From positions 4,945 through 68,944 of the forward strand of contig JAGBCV010000020.1 in NCBI GenBank assembly GCA_017937845.1: a DNA stretch of 64,000 bases, read 5' to 3'. Of the stretch, positions 27,987 through 36,868 are shown in pieces (the stretch's first letter is position 1; each line of letters starts with the position of its first letter). Both the position numbers and the translations under genes were made by a program. The stretch comes from Clostridia bacterium. Its GTDB lineage: Bacteria > Bacillota > Clostridia > Oscillospirales > CAG-272. The notes beneath the pieces are model-generated. The model was not told the DNA's origin. It made no database searches and saw only the letters and a program-made list of their open reading frames with translations.

Positions 27987-29114
27987 ATGATGAAAAAAAC
28001 GGCTTTTTTACTGAGTTTGATATGTGTTTTGTGGGTGTTTCCGTGGCACGTCACGGCGGTGGATGCGCCTGCTGTTTCCGCAAGGAGCGCGGTGCTTCTT
28101 GACGCCGAAAGCGGACAGATCCTTTACGGTAAGGACGAACACACGCGGCGCGGTATGGCAAGCACGACCAAAATCATGACGGCGCTCGTTGCGCTCGAAC
28201 ATTCGCATTTAGACGATACTGTTATCGTTTCGCCCAAGGCGTGCGGTGTGGAGGGCTCGTCGGTCTACCTCTTTCCCGAGGAAGAGATCACGATGGAGGC
28301 GCTTCTTTACGCGCTGATGCTGCAAAGCGCAAACGATGCGGCGGAGGCGATCGCATATGCTGTTTCGGGCAGTATCGAGGGCTTCGTCGCGCTGATGAAT
28401 GAAAAAGCCGATGCGCTGGGGCTTTCGGCGACGCATTTCGACAATCCACACGGGCTTGACGGCGAAACGCATTACACGACGGCGTATGAGCTTGCGAAGA
28501 TCGCGGCGGCGGCGCTCGAAAACGAAACCTTTCGGGAGATCGTCGGTACGGAGAAAAAGGCGATTCCGCTTCACAACGGCGAGGCGACGAGACTTCTCGT
28601 CAACCACAACCGATTGGTGCGTGAATACGACGATATCATCGGCGTGAAAACGGGATACACCCGCGCTTGCGGACGAACGCTCGTTTCCGCGGCGGAGCAA
28701 AACGGTGTGACGCTTATCTGCGTGACGCTTGATGATGGGAACGATTGGCTTGACCACCGCGCGCTTCTTGACTACGGCTTTTCGCTTTATGAAACGATAA
28801 CGCTCGCGGAAAACGGGGAATTTACCTATGAGATACCCGTTTGCGGCGGTACGAAAACGGCAGTCACGCTTCTCAATACCGAAACGGTAACGGTATCCTT
28901 GCCAAAGCAGCACGGCGAGATACAGACCGTGATCGAGCTTCCGCGCTTTGCCTACGGCGGTATCGAAAAGGGGCAGATCCTCGGCGCGGTGCGCTTTTTT
29001 GCCGATGGGCGGGAGATCGGATGCTCTCCGCTTGCGGTGAGCGAGGACGTTCCCGAAATGGAAATACAGAAAAATTGGCTTGAAAAAATATTGTTCTTTT
29101 TGGGGATCGGATGA
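27987..29114 (+). CDS. D-alanyl-D-alanine carboxypeptidase (peptidase S11)
   Basis: Signal peptide, SxxK motif ASTTKIMTA, SAND (SxN) and KTGYT (KTG) motifs. The start was set at ATG 27987. Confidence 0.88.
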   Translation: MMKKTAFLLSLICVLWVFPWHVTAVDAPAVSARSAVLLDAESGQILYGKDEHTRRGMASTTKIMTALVALEHSHLDDTVIVSPKACGVEGSSVYLFPEEEITMEALLYALMLQSANDAAEAIAYAVSGSIEGFVALMNEKADALGLSATHFDNPHGLDGETHYTTAYELAKIAAAALENETFREIVGTEKKAIPLHNGEATRLLVNHNRLVREYDDIIGVKTGYTRACGRTLVSAAEQNGVTLICVTLDDGNDWLDHRALLDYGFSLYETITLAENGEFTYEIPVCGGTKTAVTLLNTETVTVSLPKQHGEIQTVIELPRFAYGGIEKGQILGAVRFFADGREIGCSPLAVSEDVPEMEIQKNWLEKILFFLGIG

Positions 29115-29121
29115 TATACAA

Positions 29122-29252
29122 GGCTCCCTACGGGAGGGGAGCCGGCGTGTTAGCGCCTGAGGGAGAATACGCGTACTGAACTAACGAAAAATCTTAGATA
29201 AACGCAGGCTCCTTCCACCGCTTCGCGGTCCCCCTTCCTCTCGGAGGAAGGC
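29122..29252 (+). repeat. Mosaic hairpin repeat RE-C, composite (module C1 29122-29165, module C2 29207-29252)
   Basis: C1: GGCTCCC..GGGGAGCC, GGCG-TGTTAG-CGCC, TGAGGGAG. C2: CTCCTTCC, ACCGC-TTC-GCGGT, CCC, CCTTCCTC-TCG-GAGGAAGG. Confidence 0.7.
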
Positions 29253-29348
29253 ATAAACATATAAACTTTAGTGAGATAAGTTCAATAGGGGTGCTCGTCT
29301 GCACATTAGCATAAAATTTGCCGTATTGAACGGTTGGGAGGACTTTTT

Positions 29349-30071
29349 ATGGAAGAAATGCGTCTTCAGAAATATCTTTCGGAGCAGGGCATCTTGTCAA
29401 GACGCGCCGCGGAGGAAGAGATCAAACGCGGAAAAATCAAGGTGAACGGCAGGATCGCGGAAATCGGCATGAAGATCGACCCTGCACATGACAGAGTGGA
29501 ATACGGCGGTCGCCGTGTCGGTACAGAGGGCGGGCGCAACGTTCGCAAGGTCTATATCATGCTCAATAAGCCCGTCGGCTACGTGACGACGATGAGCGAC
29601 GAAATGGGTCGTCCTTGCGTTGCGGAGCTCGTACAGGACGTTGGGGTGCGCGTGTATCCCATCGGCAGACTCGACTTGGAATCCGAGGGGCTTTTGCTTT
29701 TCACAAACGACGGTGCGCTTGCCAATCGTTTGATGCACCCGAAATTCCATAAGCCGAAGATCTATCACGTCAAGATTCGCGGTGAGGTGGATGCGGAAAA
29801 GATCGAAAGACTCGGAAAACCGATGGTCATCGACGGCTACGAAACGAAGCCTGTGGAGATCGGCATCGTGACCAGAAAGCAGGATTTCACGGTGCTTTCC
29901 ATGAAGCTTTACGAAGGCAGAAACCGTCAGATCCGTAAAATGTGCGAGCAGCTTGAATTGCACGTCATGGCGCTCAAGCGCATCTCCATTGGCGATGTGA
30001 AGCTCGGCAATCTGCCGATCGGCGCTTGGCGGCATTTGACACGCGCACAGGTGGAATCGCTCAAGAATTAA
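29349..30071 (+). CDS. rluB: RsuA/RluB-family pseudouridine synthase
   Basis: S4 domain (MRLQKYLSEQGILSRRAAEEEIKRGKIKVNG) and catalytic GRLDLESEGLLLFTNDG. ATG 29349 follows GGGAGGA. Confidence 0.88.
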   Translation: MEEMRLQKYLSEQGILSRRAAEEEIKRGKIKVNGRIAEIGMKIDPAHDRVEYGGRRVGTEGGRNVRKVYIMLNKPVGYVTTMSDEMGRPCVAELVQDVGVRVYPIGRLDLESEGLLLFTNDGALANRLMHPKFHKPKIYHVKIRGEVDAEKIERLGKPMVIDGYETKPVEIGIVTRKQDFTVLSMKLYEGRNRQIRKMCEQLELHVMALKRISIGDVKLGNLPIGAWRHLTRAQVESLKN

Positions 30072-30105
30072 GATAAGCTAAAAATACAAAAGGAAATGCA
30101 AAATT

Positions 30106-30498
30106 ATGTTGGAAATCAAACCGATTCAAGATAAATCGGCGCAGAAGGCTCTCTGTGAGCTTTGCGGCGCTGTTTACAGACCCGAGGCGCTGGCGTATTC
30201 CGCTTACGATAACGGCGCGCCCGTCGGCATCTCACAATTCCGCATCATCGAGGACGCGGGGCATCTCTATGACCTTTGCAATACCGTCGGTGTGGACGAC
30301 CTTGAAGCACTTATCATTATGGGACGTGCTACCTTGAATTTTATTGATCTTTGTGATATTCACGAGGCGTACTTCGAGGGTGAGGACACGAGAGGCGCAA
30401 AAGCAATCGGCTTCCGTGAAACAAAAAATGGTAAACTTTGGGTTTCTATGGTGGGAATGTTTGATAGTCCTTGTAAAAATCATCATAAGGAATCGTAG
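30106..30498 (+). CDS. Hypothetical small protein (possibly GNAT-like fold)
   Basis: 130 aa with no confident motif. Confidence 0.45.
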   Translation: MLEIKPIQDKSAQKALCELCGAVYRPEALAYSAYDNGAPVGISQFRIIEDAGHLYDLCNTVGVDDLEALIIMGRATLNFIDLCDIHEAYFEGEDTRGAKAIGFRETKNGKLWVSMVGMFDSPCKNHHKES

Positions 30499-30515
30499 AT
30501 TTATAGAAAAAACAG

Positions 30516-30544
30516 TTTACAAAACGGAAAATGTTTGATATAAT
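30516..30544 (+). promoter_or_regulatory. Candidate prfB promoter
   Basis: TTTACA, 17-nt spacer, TATAAT. Confidence 0.5.
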
Positions 30545-30588
30545 AAATATTGTTAAAAATGATTGCTATAAATTCGGAGGACTAACAC

Positions 30589-31692
30589 TTGATTATTCAG
30601 TTGGAAGAAGCCAAAAGAACGCTCCTTGCTATGAAGGATGACGTTAAGGAATTGGCTTCGGCATTAAAAATCGATAAAATTACGGACGACGCGGAAGAAT
30701 TGGAACAGAAAACGATGGTTCCGAACTTTTGGGACGATGCGGCAAATTCCAGTAAGATTCTCCGCGAGCTCAAACAGATCAAGGATACCCTTGAAGAATA
30801 CGCAGGGCTGAAGACCGCGCTTGACGATGCGCTGACGCTTGCGGAAATGGGTATCGAAGAAAACGACGAAAGCGTTGTCGAAGAGGTCTTGGCAGAGGTC
30901 GAAAAGATCACGGCTCTCGAAGAAAAGATGCGCCTTGAAACACTTCTTTCGGGCGAATACGACTCCTGCAACGCCATCGTTTCTCTCCATCCCGGTGCGG
31001 GCGGTACGGAAGCGCAGGACTGGGCAATGATGCTTTATCGTATGTATACCCGTTGGGCAGAAAAGCACGGCTTTACGGTCAAGCTTATGGACTGGCTTGA
31101 CGGCGATGAAGCGGGTATCAAGAGCGCGACCATCATGGTCGAGGGACCTCATGCTTACGGCTTTTTGAAGAGCGAACACGGTGTTCACCGTCTTGTTCGC
31201 GTTTCTCCCTTTGACGCTTCGGGCAGAAGACAGACCTCGTTTGCTTCCTGTGAGGTCACACCTGAGCTTGACGACAGCGTGGATATCGAGATCCGCGAAG
31301 AAGATATTGAAGTTACCGCTCACCGTTCCAGCGGTGCCGGCGGTCAGCATATCAATAAGACCGACTCTGCGATCCGCATCGTGCATAAGCCGACGGGCAT
31401 CGTTGTCGGCTGTCAGACAGAAAGAAGCCAGCTCCAAAACAAGGAAACAGCACTTCGTATGCTCAAAAGTAAGCTCGCGGAGATCAAGGCGAGAGAAAAT
31501 CTCGACCGTATCGAAGATATCCGCGGCGAAAAAGCGAGAATCGAATGGGGTTCTCAGATCCGTTCTTATGTTTTCATGCCTTATACCTTGGCAAAGGATA
31601 CACGTACAGGCTTTAAAAACGGTAACATTAACGCGGTGATGGACGGCGATATCGACGGCTTCATCAACGCATATTTGAAAAGCTTAGCATAA
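30589..31692 (+). CDS. prfB: Peptide chain release factor 2, encoded in a single frame
   Basis: 367 aa. SPF tripeptide (RVSPFDASGRRQTSF) and GGQ (SGAGGQHINKTDSA). The TTG start lies 7 nt after GGAGGA. There is no in-frame UGA or CUUUGAC shift site. Confidence 0.92.
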   Translation: MIIQLEEAKRTLLAMKDDVKELASALKIDKITDDAEELEQKTMVPNFWDDAANSSKILRELKQIKDTLEEYAGLKTALDDALTLAEMGIEENDESVVEEVLAEVEKITALEEKMRLETLLSGEYDSCNAIVSLHPGAGGTEAQDWAMMLYRMYTRWAEKHGFTVKLMDWLDGDEAGIKSATIMVEGPHAYGFLKSEHGVHRLVRVSPFDASGRRQTSFASCEVTPELDDSVDIEIREEDIEVTAHRSSGAGGQHINKTDSAIRIVHKPTGIVVGCQTERSQLQNKETALRMLKSKLAEIKARENLDRIEDIRGEKARIEWGSQIRSYVFMPYTLAKDTRTGFKNGNINAVMDGDIDGFINAYLKSLA

Positions 31693-31738
31693 AAAGCTAA
31701 AATAAAAACAAAATAATTTATGAAAGGGGATTTTCATT

Positions 31739-32089
31739 ATGTTTAAGAAAACAAAACTTTATGTAGGTGTTTCTCTTCTCGTTCAGGCGGTTTGCTCCGT
31801 TGTTATGTTCTTCATTCTTCTCGGTAAGAAAAAGAGCATCGCAGGTGCATTCCTCGCTCTCGCTGCTGTCAGCGGTGCGGCAGGCGGTTACCTCATTTAC
31901 GACTGCAAGCAGGAAGAAGAACTTTCTTTCGGTTGCGTAGGCTGCGACGATGAAGATTGCGACTGCTGCGAATTTGGCTGCGAAGACGAACTCGACGGCG
32001 ACCTTTTTGCTCGTAAAGACGACGAAATGGAAGTTGAAATCGTTGAAGAAGCTGCTGAAGCTGCAAAAGACGAAAACGTTGCTGAATAA
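31739..32089 (+). CDS. Small two-TM protein with a Cys- and Asp/Glu-rich tail
   Basis: 116 aa. Two hydrophobic segments followed by CVGCDDEDCDCCEFGCEDE and an acidic C-terminus. RBS AAAGGGGA. Confidence 0.6.
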   Translation: MFKKTKLYVGVSLLVQAVCSVVMFFILLGKKKSIAGAFLALAAVSGAAGGYLIYDCKQEEELSFGCVGCDDEDCDCCEFGCEDELDGDLFARKDDEMEVEIVEEAAEAAKDENVAE

Positions 32090-32103
32090 TTTTGGCATAA
32101 AAA

Positions 32104-32144
32104 CAAAAATCTCTCCGATGAAAATCGGAGAGATTTTTGTTTTA
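32104..32144. terminator. Bidirectional intrinsic terminator
   Basis: AAAAATCTCTCCGAT-GAAA-ATCGGAGAGATTTTT, flanked by an A-run and a T-run, between convergent genes. Confidence 0.8.
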
Positions 32145-32170
32145 TTTGGATTACAAGCAAGCCCTAAGCG

Positions 32171-32893
32171 TTATTTCAAAATACGAATCAGCTCATCCCA
32201 TTCCTTGATGTAAAGATGCTCGCATTTCGGTTTGATTTCCGCGATTCGGTCGCGGCTTTTTTCGATGTCGTTGTCATAATGAACGGGGAAAATGCCGACG
32301 GCAGAAGCGCCTTCGATGTCTTTTTCGGGATTATCGCCACAATACCAAACCTCCGAGGCGGGAAGTCCTGCCTTGCGGAGTGCGATTTCAAAAAGAATGG
32401 GATTGGGCTTGCGGAAAATATAATCGCTGGATGTCATGATAAATTCAAAATGATTGTTGGGTAAAAGACGGTCAAGGCGTTCGCGGAGCGCTTCGCCCGA
32501 CCATAACAGGTTGCTGATCACCCCTGTGCGTATGCCGAGCTGATGCAAATGGTCGAGCATTTTGTCTGCGTTCGGCATGATAGCCCCCTCAGAGGCGGCA
32601 CGCCAAAACACGATCTCCTGTTCCAAGGGGGTTAAGGAAAATTCAATTCCGAGATATGCATAAAGCACTCGATCACCGACCTGTCCGCTGATATCGTAAC
32701 CATTGGCGCGAATGGATTCGAGATGCTTGCCATAGATCAAGCTTACGCCTGCGACGATATCTTCCAAGGTTTTGTTGTAGGGATTTTTTGTGATATATGG
32801 CAGGAGCGCTTTGTTTCCGCGGACAGAATCCCAATTCGGTTCATAACAAAGGGTATGTCCGTAATCAAATAAAATCATACTTGGTTTTTTCAT
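32171..32893 (-). CDS. HAD-IA family hydrolase
   Basis: MILFDYGHTL (DxG/DxxT-like motif I), GVISNL motif II, and WYCGDNPEKDIEGA motif IV. Confidence 0.75.
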   Translation of the reverse strand: MKKPSMILFDYGHTLCYEPNWDSVRGNKALLPYITKNPYNKTLEDIVAGVSLIYGKHLESIRANGYDISGQVGDRVLYAYLGIEFSLTPLEQEIVFWRAASEGAIMPNADKMLDHLHQLGIRTGVISNLLWSGEALRERLDRLLPNNHFEFIMTSSDYIFRKPNPILFEIALRKAGLPASEVWYCGDNPEKDIEGASAVGIFPVHYDNDIEKSRDRIAEIKPKCEHLYIKEWDELIRILK

Positions 32894-33522
32894 GTCGTAC
32901 CTTTTGACTCCTTACATATTTTTTTCAAGGTGTGGGAATCCATCAGAAGCTTGCCGTGAAGCGTATCTCCTATATGATAAGTTGAGGAGGGGGCGTTTTT
33001 TGTCGCCGTTGGTCTCGTTGAAATGCAATAGGCACCGGGATTCCAAAGCAAAACGGGGATGATCTTTTCTTGATCGATGCCGAAGGCGTCGCATTGATAA
33101 GTAAAATCGATATTGGGAAGTTGCTTCTTTTTTCCATAACCACAAGCAAGCATGAACATACTGGGACCTAAAATGATATGTCGTTGGAGGTGGTATTCGG
33201 TCTTGCTTACAAAACAGAATTCCATGCCCGGACGAAAAGCACCGAGTATCTTGATGGCAAAAATCTTTTCGCCATTGACCAGATAAAAATCAACTTTGTC
33301 TTTTTGCGCTCCGAAAAACCAAAGGGGATTTGCGATGTGGATTTTTTCTTTACCATGATGCATGGCGAAAAGGATCTTTATACGTTTATTTAGGAAGCGA
33401 AGCAGATATATAAATTGAACGAATGACCAAAGGATGCAGAGTCCAATCAAAATGGTGAGGAGCCCGCCAAGACGATGATCGGTTATCCATTCATAGATGG
33501 GCTTGGGAAGAAAGGTGAACAT
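32890..33522 (-). CDS. Hypothetical membrane-anchored protein
   Basis: 210 aa. One N-terminal TM segment. VDFYLVNGEKIFAIKILG is faintly NERD/PD-(D/E)xK-like. The gene is AT-rich relative to its flanks and overlaps the HAD gene by 4 nt. Confidence 0.5.
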   Translation of the reverse strand: MFTFLPKPIYEWITDHRLGGLLTILIGLCILWSFVQFIYLLRFLNKRIKILFAMHHGKEKIHIANPLWFFGAQKDKVDFYLVNGEKIFAIKILGAFRPGMEFCFVSKTEYHLQRHIILGPSMFMLACGYGKKKQLPNIDFTYQCDAFGIDQEKIIPVLLWNPGAYCISTRPTATKNAPSSTYHIGDTLHGKLLMDSHTLKKICKESKGTT

Positions 33523-33554
33523 AGAAAATCTCCGAGATGATGTATTGAATAATC

Positions 33555-33582
33555 AAAAACTCCGATTTGCATCGGAGTTTTT
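33555..33582 (-). terminator. Intrinsic terminator after ftsZ
   Basis: AAAAACTCCGAT-loop-ATCGGAGTTTTT (symmetrical). Confidence 0.8.
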
Positions 33583-33596
33583 ATCGTATGTAGGAA

Positions 33597-34736
33597 TTAA
33601 CCTCTGTTCTTTCTGAGGATATTCATGATATCGTCGAAATCGCTGTCAGAGATGAGAGAGTCCTTATTTTCGGGCTTGATGGTCTGAGCGGGCTGCTGAA
33701 CGGGCTGTACGGGCTGAGCGTTGCTTGTGTAAGTAGCAACGGGACGTGCAGACTGTGCGGGAGTAGCAACGGTCTTTTCTTCGGATTTGAAGCCTGTTGC
33801 GATAACGGTGATCTTGATGGTATCTTCGAGAGTGTTATCAAATGCAGCACCCCAAATGATGTTTGCATCGGGATGAGCTTCGTTGGAGATCATAGCGGAT
33901 GCGGTTTCAACTTCGTCAAGGCTGATGTCGGGGGAAGCTGTGATGTTGATGAGGATACCGGTTGCGCCGGAAATGCTGGTTTCGAGAAGAGGGCTGGTTA
34001 CAGCCATTCTTGCTGCGATCTCTGCCTTGTCGCGGCCTGTTGCCATACCAACACCCATGTGAGCGTAGCCTGCGTCACGCATAACGGAAGATACGTCTGC
34101 GAAGTCGAGGTTGACGATACCGGGGATATTGATAAGGTCGGAGATACTCTGAACACCGCGGTGAAGAACTTCGTCAGCGTGTTCAAATGCGTTGGAAAGG
34201 GTGATTCTGTTTTCAGAAATCTGTTTGAGTCTTTCGTTCGGGATAACAACGAGAGCGTCTACGTATTCGCGGAGCTCTGCGATACCTGCTTCAGCCTGAA
34301 GCATACGCTTTTTGCCTTCAAAAGAGAAGGGCTTTGTAACGATACCGATGGTGAGAATCTTTTCTTCTTTTGCGATCTTCGCAACGACGGGAGCCGCACC
34401 TGTACCGGTACCACCGCCCATACCTGCTGTGATGAAGATCATATCCGCGCCGCGAATAACGTCCTTGAGATCATCGAGGTTTTCTTCCGCAGCTGCTTTA
34501 CCTACTGTGGGGTTTGCGCCTGCGCCGTGACCGCTTGTAACCTTTTCACCGATGGCGATCTTGGTTGCCGCGCTGGATGTGAAAAGTACCTGCTTATCGC
34601 AGTTTACGGTAATAAATTCAACGCCCTGTACGTTGGATTCGATCATACGGTTGACAGCATTGCCGCCGCCACCGCCGACGCCGATGACTTTGATCTTGAC
34701 GCCGCTATCATAATTTGAGTTAAATTCAAATCCCAT
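33597..34736 (-). CDS. ftsZ: Cell division protein FtsZ
   Basis: 379 aa. [13 protein letters not shown] and [10 protein letters not shown] tubulin signature, and a C-terminal [10 protein letters not shown] peptide. Confidence 0.97.
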   Translation of the reverse strand: MGFEFNSNYDSGVKIKVIGVGGGGGNAVNRMIESNVQGVEFITVNCDKQVLFTSSAATKIAIGEKVTSGHGAGANPTVGKAAAEENLDDLKDVIRGADMIFITAGMGGGTGTGAAPVVAKIAKEEKILTIGIVTKPFSFEGKKRMLQAEAGIAELREYVDALVVIPNERLKQISENRITLSNAFEHADEVLHRGVQSISDLINIPGIVNLDFADVSSVMRDAGYAHMGVGMATGRDKAEIAARMAVTSPLLETSISGATGILINITASPDISLDEVETASAMISNEAHPDANIIWGAAFDNTLEDTIKITVIATGFKSEEKTVATPAQSARPVATYTSNAQPVQPVQQPAQTIKPENKDSLISDSDFDDIMNILRKNRG

Positions 34737-34786
34737 TTTTTTATATTCCTCCTGGCGATTAAACTCTGATAAAAGTATACAATACT

Positions 34787-34815
34787 ATTGTAATATGTTT
34801 TCGTCCGAAATGCAA
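34787..34815 (-). promoter_or_regulatory. Candidate ftsZ-proximal promoter
   Basis: Minus strand: TTGCAT, 17-nt spacer, TACAAT, within the 150-nt AT-rich ftsQ-ftsZ spacer. Confidence 0.45.
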
Positions 34816-34886
34816 GATGTTTTTGAAAAATATTATATTTTTTTCAAAAGATTTTCGTTTTTATATTGGCGAATTTCGTATTTTTG

Positions 34887-35714
34887 TCATGAATCGACAT
34901 TTTCGATGACTCCTGTAAATTCAAATGTAACGGGCGCATCCTTTTGCACGTGTAAAATGCCTGTGAGTCCATACGCCGATTCCGAAAGATATTCGAGCGC
35001 GCGCTTGGCGCGGCCGAGCTTCTTTGCAAAATCCCGTTCATTGCCAAGCAAAATGGTGTATTTATCGGCAATTTGCAGATGGAGATCAAAGGGATCGGAG
35101 ATATCGATCGCCGTTATGCTTTCGGAAACAGCCGTTTCCCGTATCGCGGAAAGGAGGGAAAGCGACCACGCCTTGTCGGCTTTTACGGCAAAGACGAGCG
35201 TTTCCATCGGGGTAAGTACCTTGGGCGCGTCGGGGTCGTCTTCGGGCGGTTCGGGGTCCTTCAGCTTCGGAAGCTTCAAAAAAACTGCGCCCTTTTCCGC
35301 GGCTTCCTCGGGGGTGGTTTCCTCCAAAATCAGAAATTCATCTGTGATCAGATAGTATCGCTTTTCGTATTCGATATAGTAGGCGAGGTCGTATTCCTCA
35401 ACCAAAATTCGGAGTGTGGAGGGCAGATCTCGTTTGATGGTGACAGATCTGACATAAGGCGAGCCTTTCATGACGGCGCGCTCGATTTTGGCTTCGCTTA
35501 CCGCATAGAGATGCCGTCCCGCTTGGATATCCACGGCATCCAGCACCGCTTGCTCGGTGATGATCGCGGTATTTTCCACCGATACCGTTTGCACACGGCA
35601 GAAGATCAAAAAATACGCGGAAAACAGAACAGCGACCGCAAAGAAGCCGAACAAAATCCAAAAACGACGAAATCGCAAGACCGAAGGCGTTATGGGCGTT
35701 GCGCTTTTTTTCAT
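34887..35714 (-). CDS. ftsQ: FtsQ/DivIB cell division protein
   Basis: 275 aa. A single TM segment followed by a POTRA-like domain (VQTVSVENTAIITEQAVLDAVDIQAGRHLY). Its position between murG and ftsZ fits. Confidence 0.8.
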   Translation of the reverse strand: MKKSATPITPSVLRFRRFWILFGFFAVAVLFSAYFLIFCRVQTVSVENTAIITEQAVLDAVDIQAGRHLYAVSEAKIERAVMKGSPYVRSVTIKRDLPSTLRILVEEYDLAYYIEYEKRYYLITDEFLILEETTPEEAAEKGAVFLKLPKLKDPEPPEDDPDAPKVLTPMETLVFAVKADKAWSLSLLSAIRETAVSESITAIDISDPFDLHLQIADKYTILLGNERDFAKKLGRAKRALEYLSESAYGLTGILHVQKDAPVTFEFTGVIENVDS

Positions 35715-36868
35715 GTGTGATCAAGTCCTTTTTCTTTTTTGAGAAGGGAGAGGAGCTCTCCGCTCGTCAGCATCAGGATATCACGCCAGATATCCTCTTT
35801 TGCGTTGGGATTGGCGAAAGCGCCGATGGCTTCCCGCATGGCTTTCGCTTTGCTTTCGTCTGCGAAAAGCATGGAAACGCTTTGCTCAAGCGTATCCTTC
35901 GTCAGGTCCTTTTCCTCGTGCATGAGGGCGGCACCTGCGTCGGCAAGACGTTTGGCGTTTTCATATTGATGATTGTTTGCAACATTGGGGGAGGGAATGA
36001 GGATGCACGTGCGGCGGAGAAGCGCCATTTCCGAAAGGGTCATCGCGCCTGCGCGGCAGATGACGACATCAGCGACGCGCTCCCAAAGGGGCATATCGTA
36101 AATGTATTCCGAAATACGGAGATTTTCACATTTATCAAGTCCAAGAGCGGTGGCTCTTTCCATAAATTCCGCGTGTCCGTTTTTGCCCGTTGCGTGAACG
36201 TGATAGATCTCGGGATGCTTGGCGGTGTAATTTGCCATCAGCGTGAGAATTTCTTCGTTGATGCGCTGCGCTCCAAGGCTGCCGCCAAAGGAAAGCAGGA
36301 GCTTTTTCGCGGTCTTGGGAACGCCGAGCTTTTCTCGGAGTCCTGCCGTTTCGATATCGGCGGGCGGGGTGATAAGAGGGTTGCCCACGCAGAGGATCTT
36401 CTCCTTTTCGGTGAGCATTTCCGCGCTTCCCGCAAAATTGACGTAAACGCGGTCGACCTCCTTTTCCAGCATCTTGACGGCTTTGCCCGGAATGGCGTTG
36501 GCTTCGTGTACGGCGGTCGGAACGCCGAGCTTTGCCGCCGCATGAAGCAGAGGCCACGAGAGATATCCGCCCGTTCCGATGACGATATCGGGCTTGAAAT
36601 CCAAAATCAGCTTACGCGCCTTGACGGGTGCTGTGAAATAATAATACGCCGTGAGAAGATTCGAGGGGGAAAGACTACGGCGGAGTCCGCGCATTTCGAT
36701 ATGATGGATATCATAGCCCGCATTGGCGACAAGGCGGTTTTCCATGCCTTTTTTTGTGCCGATGAAGGCGATCTCCGCGTTTTTATCGTGTTCTCGAATG
36801 GTATTGGCGATGGCGATGGCAGGGTTGATATGACCCGCGGTGCCGCCGCCTGCAAGAAGAACTTTCAT
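35711..36868 (-). CDS. murG: UDP-GlcNAc:lipid I GlcNAc transferase
   Basis: MKVLLAGGGTAGHINPAIAIA N-terminus and GGSLGA block. Confidence 0.93.
   Translation of the reverse strand: MKVLLAGGGTAGHINPAIAIANTIREHDKNAEIAFIGTKKGMENRLVANAGYDIHHIEMRGLRRSLSPSNLLTAYYYFTAPVKARKLILDFKPDIVIGTGGYLSWPLLHAAAKLGVPTAVHEANAIPGKAVKMLEKEVDRVYVNFAGSAEMLTEKEKILCVGNPLITPPADIETAGLREKLGVPKTAKKLLLSFGGSLGAQRINEEILTLMANYTAKHPEIYHVHATGKNGHAEFMERATALGLDKCENLRISEYIYDMPLWERVADVVICRAGAMTLSEMALLRRTCILIPSPNVANNHQYENAKRLADAGAALMHEEKDLTKDTLEQSVSMLFADESKAKAMREAIGAFANPNAKEDIWRDILMLTSGELLSLLKKEKGLDHT

Noticed and set aside
30541-30680. A programmed +1 frameshift site in prfB
   Set aside because: I looked for a short frame-0 ORF ending in CUU UGA C, and none exists. 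The full-length protein is read in one frame from the TTG at 30589.
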